A DNA stretch of 53,853 nt from Perkinsus olseni (taxonomy: Eukaryota). Below are positions 46,601 through 53,853 of the stretch, piece by piece. Below the pieces are notes generated by a model that saw only the letters and a program-made list of their open reading frames with translations, did no database searches and was not told the origin of the DNA. Where the stretch lies: NCBI GenBank assembly GCA_013115125.1, contig JABANN010000199.1, positions 1 through 53,853 of the forward strand, read 5' to 3'. The stretch's first letter is position 1. The number at the start of each line of letters is the position of its first letter. A program made the position numbers and the translations under genes.

Positions 46601-47698
46601 GCCGCCAGCCGAACGCGAAAATGTCAATATGAAATTCTGAGTCCATCAACAGCCGAAGGTAGCGGCCAACACTTTTAACGATTACCGGGCAAGCACGAGG
46701 ACCACATTCATACTGCTAAATTACTGGCAGAATGATTATTTCCGCTGGTACCGCGCATTGAGAAGGGACTGCCCCTGAGACCCACCTCAACGTCAGTATT
46801 GATGCTTATTCTCTCCATCATCCCGCCCATGCCTCCAACCGTGTTCCCCTGGCCCTTCACTCTGATCTACAACCGACAGCGTATCAGGGTCAGGCGACAG
46901 TCCTCCGCACCTTGGGCATTTTCGACCCTTCAGAAGCAATTTTCTCAACTGCTGAGTCTACGTACGTGGGGTTGCCCGATGATTCTGATGAAGATCGATC
47001 CGAGTCGCCAAGTTGGGCGCGACCCTACGCCACAGCGCCTTTCGGAGAGCCAGGAATCTCTCTCGGTACATCGCGGAGTGCTCCTGTGCGTCACCTAGAA
47101 CCGTCGGCAGCTTCCTCGCCGGCACCTGTAAGGTCGCCGCTGCCAACGACCGTCATTGAAGATGCTACGAATTGCTGAGCATCTTGTGCATAGTGGTATC
47201 GTAGCCCAGCCTTAACAACCCCGCCGAGAGAACCATAGGCGTCGATGAGGCGGATGGCTGCGGGCCGAGAGGAAGGGGCTCCTTCTGCTGGCATGGGCGT
47301 TGGGGGCCTAGCCAAGTCCTACTCGCCGCACCGTCACTCGCAGCAACGCAACGCTTCACCCAGAGTCAGCTGGGCAGTGCACGGAGAGCCCCCAGCGGTC
47401 AGTGAGGAATTTTCCAGCGGAATGATGGACAGCGACTCGTCAGTGAGAGCGAGGTGACGACGGAGGGCAGCGTTTGTCCAAGAACAGCTAAGTGTGTATG
47501 AGGCGTGAGGCAGAACGTGTAGCACAGGAAGACGAGGCTTTGACGAACGATGATAGACCATTCGCCTTAGGGTGGCCTAAGTCTCTATTCTCACTATTCG
47601 TCGAAGTAGCGCTGTGCTTCCGGTACATGTCGCAGCACTGGTACGGCCATCGAGACCGGGGCGGTGCCTCGATTTTGATCATTTGAACGCAGCCCCAT
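43660..47698 (-). CDS. POLE2: DNA polymerase epsilon subunit B (POLE2/DPB2); multi-exon, start uncertain
   Basis: LIDAY; AMYRERF; FVFGLLS..EG.LHIED....RLDFS; VFHVFEMMMPP; GEVHLD....DKL; VYVFMGNF; FVPAPEDP; SNPVRI; SRQGHLCP...PVVWGLDHILQLYSPP; VFICD; FYVYRP; TAG at 43660. Confidence 0.9.
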
Positions 47699-48186
47699 GA
47701 GTCACGACGAAAACACAGCTCAACCCCGAGATATGGCGCTGCTTGTCCGTTCAGCTGCACGGAAAGTCGACCAAATCTCCGACCCCGGTGCTCGGCAGTA
47801 GAGCAAGCTCACTGTATCTCTATCGTGTATGTTCGAACGGGCTCCGTAGGCGCCGTTCTGGCCACCGGTCGGCGGCGCCATACTGCGGTCTGTTAGCGAT
47901 GCTGGGCGAGTCTGCCTCCCACAGTGACCATCTCAGAAAGAGCGACGCCCTACACTTAGGCTGCTTGACCAGCCTCGTTGCGGCGTCCGGTTTGAACACA
48001 CTCGACTCCAACCAGTACTCACGAATTGAATACCTTTTACCATCATCATCTCTTCATAACAGCCACACGTACGCATGCACAAGGCATTCGATCGCTGAGG
48101 AATATCAAGTAGCCACAAGAATCCAAGATGAAGGTTTGGCGTGCTGTCGTCGGCTGCAGGTCCTACGTGGCTTCGAACTCTCCGGC

Positions 48187-49551
48187 ATGACGCCTCCGAC
48201 GACTGCTAGTCACCGTAATGGCTACTGGATGGCTCACAACTCTACCGCTGTACAGGGTCACCCTAGAGGTGGCACCCGTATGAATGGCGTGCCAGTATGT
48301 GTTGTTCTTCGAGCATGGTTCTTCGACCTTATCGGTCTGCGACAGCACCCCGTCCGGTCTTCTCTGAGACAAGTTTCCAAGTTCGACGTCTTCATCAGTC
48401 ACCCGTGGTGCATCAGTCGCATGAACACTTTCCTCAGCCTGGCCTTCGTCTACGGCACGGGTTTCCCTTTTTTCCTCTCTTTTTCATTGTGTGCCGTTCT
48501 ACGGTACGCCGGCTGTAGAGTATCCGTATGTTTAGTGGCAGGCTGGTTCTCCTGGCTCGGTGGATTTATCTGTGACGGAGTTTTTTCTAGAAATAATACT
48601 ACTGTCTTCCTTGACAAGTACAGTATCGACCAGCTTGACAATAGTGAAAAGCAAGAGAGCATCCGTAGCATGCGGGAGTTTCTCGAGAAATCCGACGAGA
48701 TCCTCATACTCTGGAGCTCTGTGTACAATACTCGTCTCTGGTGCGTCTACGAGATGGCCTGCTTCTTGAAAGATCACCACATTGACAAAGTTGACATGAT
48801 GCCTGTGACCCTGTTCGCATCCAAAGTCATCACTGCGGCGATTGAAGTGGTTTATTGGAGCGCCAGAACTGCCCTCGGCGGAGAGTATGGCCTCGCTATC
48901 GATCTGACTTATGCCGCCCTCTACGGCGTCCAGGTATGCGAGGACCTCATGCCCTCAGTTATCTGTTTAAGGTCAGACATCAGTGAAGTTGATGTAGATC
49001 GCCTCCAGTGCACGGTCTCACAAGACCGGGACACGCTGGTTGGTGACATTAAGCGCATCTACGGCTCCTTCGCCTCCTTCAAAGAACATGTCCGCACATC
49101 GTTTAAAACTCTTTTGGCGACGTGGTCGACCCGAAGACACATGATACGATGTGGTCTTGTTTTCGGCTATACTTCGGCGTTGGTGACGTTTGTCACAGGT
49201 CGCTTCTCACAAACCTTACTAATCTTCCTCACGCGAGCCTCATACATGTCCTGTGTTACGCAAGGCTGTGTGGGTCTATTAAGGCTCGGTTTGAGACCGA
49301 CAAAAACCCTTGCTAGGGTGTCGGCGCTTTTCTTTGTGCCGCTGCACGCCTGGGCGGTTCATTACATGTGGGAGGTCTATGGCCCGTACGTAGATGGCTC
49401 AGACTCTGGCATTACCTTCAGCACTTTCCCCTACCGAGCAGTCATTGCTGTCGGGCAGCTGCTGATTCTCGGGTCCTGGCTGTGCTATATGGTGAGGCTC
49501 GGTATTTCCCAGAAAGGGAACGGTCTGCCTATGAAAAAGTTGGTCGAGTGA
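48187..49551 (+). CDS. Intronless multi-pass membrane protein with TIR-like domain
   Basis: FDVFISHPW, a hydrophobic insert, VFLDKYSIDQ, SDEILILWSSVYNTRLWCVYEM, then several more hydrophobic helices. The frame is open from 47743 but the start is more likely ATG 48187 or 48280. Confidence 0.8.
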   Translation: MTPPTTASHRNGYWMAHNSTAVQGHPRGGTRMNGVPVCVVLRAWFFDLIGLRQHPVRSSLRQVSKFDVFISHPWCISRMNTFLSLAFVYGTGFPFFLSFSLCAVLRYAGCRVSVCLVAGWFSWLGGFICDGVFSRNNTTVFLDKYSIDQLDNSEKQESIRSMREFLEKSDEILILWSSVYNTRLWCVYEMACFLKDHHIDKVDMMPVTLFASKVITAAIEVVYWSARTALGGEYGLAIDLTYAALYGVQVCEDLMPSVICLRSDISEVDVDRLQCTVSQDRDTLVGDIKRIYGSFASFKEHVRTSFKTLLATWSTRRHMIRCGLVFGYTSALVTFVTGRFSQTLLIFLTRASYMSCVTQGCVGLLRLGLRPTKTLARVSALFFVPLHAWAVHYMWEVYGPYVDGSDSGITFSTFPYRAVIAVGQLLILGSWLCYMVRLGISQKGNGLPMKKLVE

Positions 49552-49797
49552 AGTCGATCCGTCTGCCTCGTTATATGTTCAGTTTTTTGTCGTGTCGGTG
49601 ATTTTATAAGTCATCCAAATACAACGGTCTTACGCATTTCCACTGTACCAAACTCTTTCCGAGTTTGTCATGGGAGGGCGGACTTTATATGTGAAATTAA
49701 CCAGCGCTTCCCTGGCCTACTGCAACATTAGCGTTCGACTGGAATGCGGTAGCGCTCGGGTGGCAAGCAGTGGCTTATAAGGAGTAGACCGTCTTTC

Positions 49798-51446
49798 ATG
49801 GCTCAGTCCACTTCTAAGCACACTTGTAGCGAACCATTTCTACAGAAGGCGGGTGATCTATCAGATGGCAAAGTGAGACCATTAGAGGCCGCGCCATACG
49901 GCACCAGGTAACTCTTAATCGCACGTCCTCAGGATGCGCTAGTGGAAGCCCTCTCGAGACAGCCCAGGCGAAACCTCATTCCCTCCGAGTCTCTTCCTGT
50001 GAGAAAACTCTCAGTCCATTAATGGAGTCTGATGAGCTCATTATTCACGCAGGACCTTCCCAAGATAGAGAGGCCCGAGTGCTGCCGACTGATTCATGAG
50101 TTCAAGGAGCGCCAGTGGCTGGCCTCCCGAGGTGGTTTATGCTGCTCCTCGCTAGCGTAGCTACTAGGACCCATGCTCGTCGTTCTCTGGCTCATGACTT
50201 TATTGCCTTCTTCACTGGAGTTCAGAACCAGTAGATCTGGACCAGTTCATGCCCCGCTAGAGAGAGGTTCTCGAAAGCTTTCGAATAGCACCCGTTTGAC
50301 CTCGATATCCTAAAGCATCAGGAAGTTAGCGGGACTAGGGAGCCTTCTTTTGCAGCGCCCTGTGTCCTCGACGGTATTGAACTGCTCAGCGACGGCTAGT
50401 CGGCATTACTGCCGTTGGGCAGACCCTTTCGCCTCTCACAACCACCTCACCTACGGATTTCGTGCTTACCAGGCCGCTCATGCATGATCGATTTTGACGA
50501 TCAAGAAAGGGGGATGCTTCGAACCTATTTTGACGCTCTGGATCGAGACAGCTCTGGCTCAATAGACGTCAGCGAGCTCGAGGAGGTGAGTGCGACACTC
50601 TCCACTCGACGTTTTGTCCGGCACTTGCGGCACTTACTCCTGTGAAGTGGCACTTGGTCCCGTCAACGAGCAGCCACTAGCCTTCACGATACGGAGTCAT
50701 TTGACTTACTTGATCGTGAAGACTACGTGAGTTACCTTAGGTGATGGTTGCTCTAGGACTCGCAGAGAAGCACTCAGATGTAGAGAAAATGCTCTCCGGA
50801 GTGGACGAAGATGACTCTGGCGAGATCGAATTCCACGAGTTTCTCAGCATAGTAATTACCAGCTCATTACTCGCTGGAAGTACTCGCCCGTCTGTAGTTG
50901 CGAAGAGGCCACAGCTCGAATGACCCGAGCTCGTCAGCGATGTTCAAGGTGACGCCCAATCACATCAGCATGAGCTTTGATCACCTTCCGACCTGTAGGT
51001 TTTCAAGTCTTTGATCCGAGGGAATCTCGGAGACACGGAAAACCTCGGCTTCAAGCTCCTCACTTCCGTGTATCGACGTAAAAGGATAATGGATGCAATG
51101 ATGGCGAAGAGAAAGTCAGTTTACCAGGTGAGAAAATTATCAGCCTCGCGACACCCGCCTTTGAAGGAGGTTTCGTTAGGTCGAAGGAATGCGCATATTG
51201 AAGGCTTTCGAGAGGCAACTCAACGAGTCCAGGTTCTCACGAAAGATGGGGGCTTCGCAAGAAGTAAGTTCCCCCTCGTCTCTGATACCAACTTTTTGCT
51301 CTGCGCAGGCCGAACAAGGGAAAGCCAAGAACAGCACTTCCCGACAACAGGTGGCACTCATCGTGGCCGCGCGTCTCTGGCAGGATTCATTTCTGTTAGC
51401 GGCTCTACGTCGCCCCCTTGAGATTGGCCGGTTCGAGACGTCCTAA
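49798..51446 (+). CDS. EF-hand calcium-binding protein (centrin/calmodulin-like pair), multi-exon
   Basis: FDALDRDSSGSIDVSELEE|VMVALG and VDEDDSGEIEFHEFLSI joined by GT-AG introns; C-terminal YRRKRIMDAMM...GRFETS*. Confidence 0.8.
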
Positions 51447-51649
51447 CCAGATGGAACTCAAGCGTCTCCTAAGAAGCGGAGATGTGAGGCTCTCCAGATA
51501 GCGAGCATCGCAGTTGGTGTCGTTCTGGCACATTGAGTACGTCTTCTGTGTATGCAAACATTCATGATCGACTACCCCACTTTTACTATCTCTACAGTCT
51601 CGTGTAACGAATAGTCAATAATAGTTCATAAGAAGGTCCACGACACAAT

Positions 51650-53853
51650 TAACTGCACATCGTAAAGAAGTTTTTAGTGAACGAGGAGGACGAGTGGCTG
51701 ATCACGTTCTTACCCCACGATTCTCCCTCCCGCACAGCGCAGAAGCGTGTCTTCGGGTCGGTGAGCCTGGGCCACACTGCGTGGCTACGGTGTCCGGCAT
51801 TCTGGCTGAGTCAAGCTCTGCCAGCTTCCATTGTGGCGACGGTCCCCGGCCACGCTGTATTCTAGTCGTACACTGCTAAGCTTAGGCGAAGCTACAGTGT
51901 AGTCATCGGGATTTCTCTCCTCGATCTTTCGTGTGTGGGTTGTTCCAGTCCCGCCCCAAATCATCTTCATCAGGACTCGCTAGTCACCTGCAGATGGTCG
52001 GTGTCCGCAGAGAGGAGCAACCTGGCAACCGCTGTCAATGACCCGCACCACAAGAGGTCTTGAAGGCTATCATTATTAGTGCTCATGATTCCATCGTGTC
52101 GAACCTGAGATCCTAACGCAGTATCGGCAGCTGCCTGAACTGGTGCTTCACGGAAGCATCATTCGGCATGTCCGATAGCTCCCACTAACTACGAAACATT
52201 CTTCGCCGATGAACACAGCAGGAACAGGTCTATGCTACATGGAGAACACCGAAGGGTCAAAAGAAGCAAGGGATACAGGAGGAACAGGCAGGCAACACAG
52301 GGCTAGATACGACAAGTTCCCGGCAGCCTGGCCCGCTCGGGTCGGCGAGATCTCCTCGCTGTCATTGCTGGCCGGAGAGAGTCACGAGCGAGGTTTTTCA
52401 CGCTGCTTCCGTTGGCATGAACTCGCCTCGAGGAGGTGGGTGGGTTCGCCTGAGGAGGGCCGTCCAGCTCCCCATAAGTTCCCGAGCCAGCCTGCCGCGA
52501 GGACGATGCAATCGGGCCTCCCTGTCACAAGAAAACACAAAGACACAGCTGGTAGGCCCCCTATGCTTACTTGGTTGGTCCGGGCTCCCCAATCAGAGCC
52601 AGGGGCCATTCGAAGCCCAGGTCGGGCGACTTCTCGCTCGACAGGCCGTCTTACAGCGGAAGCCGCGGACTCCTCTACTTTGCTTTCATCGGAAGTGGTC
52701 CCCTCTCCACGAAGAGAAAAGACAACCGCGCGGCCAGGACTCTCATCACCACTCAAGGCCCCCAGCCTGCCACCAGCAGGGCTATCAGCAGTCACCGGCA
52801 AACCGAACTCACTTGAACCTCCCCTTCCGAAAACAAGGCCTCCTGCCAGCGAGCCGTTTCTTCTTAGACCTACGAAAAGTAAAAATCTTAGGAGAGGGGT
52901 ACCTCGCGGAACTCTCACCGCAAAATCACGCTCCGCCGACCGGGAGGGACCGAAGGACGCGCATACGGGGAGTCATCCTCGAAGAAGCGAGGTGACATAC
53001 GTCTGCCGCATAAGCATGGAGGGGGTTTCTTCTGAGCTGAGATCACCTCGCAGCCCTCTCGTCGGCTTCCCGCTTCACTCTGGCCAGTCTTAGACGCACG
53101 ATCTTCGCTCTATGCATCGCACACCACCTTGACGGACCAAGACTCGATATCATGCCGGGTCAGCCTGCCCCGCTCCTCACTTTGTTGGCTGAAATCTTCG
53201 GAAGCGAGGGCTATCGAAAACCCAAGAGGCTCTGGTAGGATGAGCAGGGTGGGACGGCGAAGGAAGACCATGACCTGAACAGGAGGATCACAGGCGACCG
53301 AGTAACGAGTACTGCTGCCGAGCTTAGAATACAGCTACGATAGCGTCCGCGGCGGAGCGGAACATACTGGGAGCTGAAACCGCCATCTCAGTTGACTCGC
53401 TCAGGGAGCAGGTGGAAGCCAGATCGGGGGCATCCTGACGAGACCAGTGGGCGAACACATCAAGCCGATTAGCTTGATGTTCGTACGATAACCTCCTTGG
53501 AACTGCTCCAGCTGTGCCGAGAAGATGCCGGCGACGAGGAGGCTACAGAAAGAGACCCTGAGGAGATCAACCGAATTGAAGGAGCTGCGCAGAGATCCCA
53601 CGCTGCTAGATCAGAAGCTAGCAGCGAAGCGTAGGGTGCAGATGAGCATGACAGCGTATGTGATGCGATCTACACCATTCCGCGTGTAAGTTTGACAAGT
53701 GAACCGTCAAGCATGACAATGCCACAAGTGCGATACTAAAACCTCTGGTCTCCGAGATGGGGCAAGGCGCGGTACCAAGCTAGCGTCGGAAAGGTCGATA
53801 GGACCTCACGACGGCAGCGAGGGAAACGCGAAGGCAAACTGTGCCGAGGCCGA
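51650..53853 (-). CDS. Possible hypothetical multi-exon gene, 5'-partial
   Basis: Low-complexity Ser/Gly/Arg-rich open segments on the minus strand alternate with pyrimidine-rich intron-like stretches (e.g. about 52210-52300). No domain recognised. Confidence 0.3.

Noticed and set aside
47743-48186. N-terminal 148 codons of the 602-aa ORF
   Set aside because: Starts at a non-ATG codon, abuts the POLE2 start region and lacks protein-like character; likely an upstream open frame.
1-53853. CRISPR array, rRNA genes, spliced-leader RNA gene or SL relics (ACCGTAGCCAT[C/T]TTGGCTCAAG-like)
   Set aside because: No regularly spaced repeat-spacer array or rRNA motif was seen. Only isolated GCTCAAG words occur (e.g. 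about 32638, 34879, 36292), without the rest of the leader. The search was by eye, so degenerate copies could be missed.

Overview
Eukaryotic, gene-dense protist DNA with short GT-AG introns. Gene content (CDPK, CRT-like transporter, tandem intronless pepsin-type proteases, TIR-like membrane protein) and intron style most resemble an alveolate such as Perkinsus; this is an inference, not a database result. Genes reconstructed by hand-splicing: mitochondrial carrier (+), CRT-like transporter (+), three tandem aspartic proteases (+), tRNA-Val(TAC) (-), CDPK (-), a hypothetical gene (-), a Lon protease with a 2.2-kb intron carrying an integrase relic (-), a CAF1/POP2-like deadenylase with degenerate catalytic residues (-), a divergent ASF1-fold protein (-), ethanolamine-phosphate cytidylyltransferase (-), two tandem AIFM2/FSP1-like oxidoreductases (+), a hypothetical gene (-), a DIM1-type rRNA dimethylase (-), DNA polymerase epsilon subunit B (-), an intronless TIR-like multi-pass membrane protein (+), an EF-hand protein (+) and a partial hypothetical gene (-). 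The best leads are the membrane-split TIR-like domain retaining the catalytic Glu, the probable CAF1 pseudo-deadenylase, a recurrent strand-biased AATTTCGTGGCG motif, and catalytically altered, mosaic protease paralogs. Coordinates of spliced genes are gene spans, and several start codons are uncertain.
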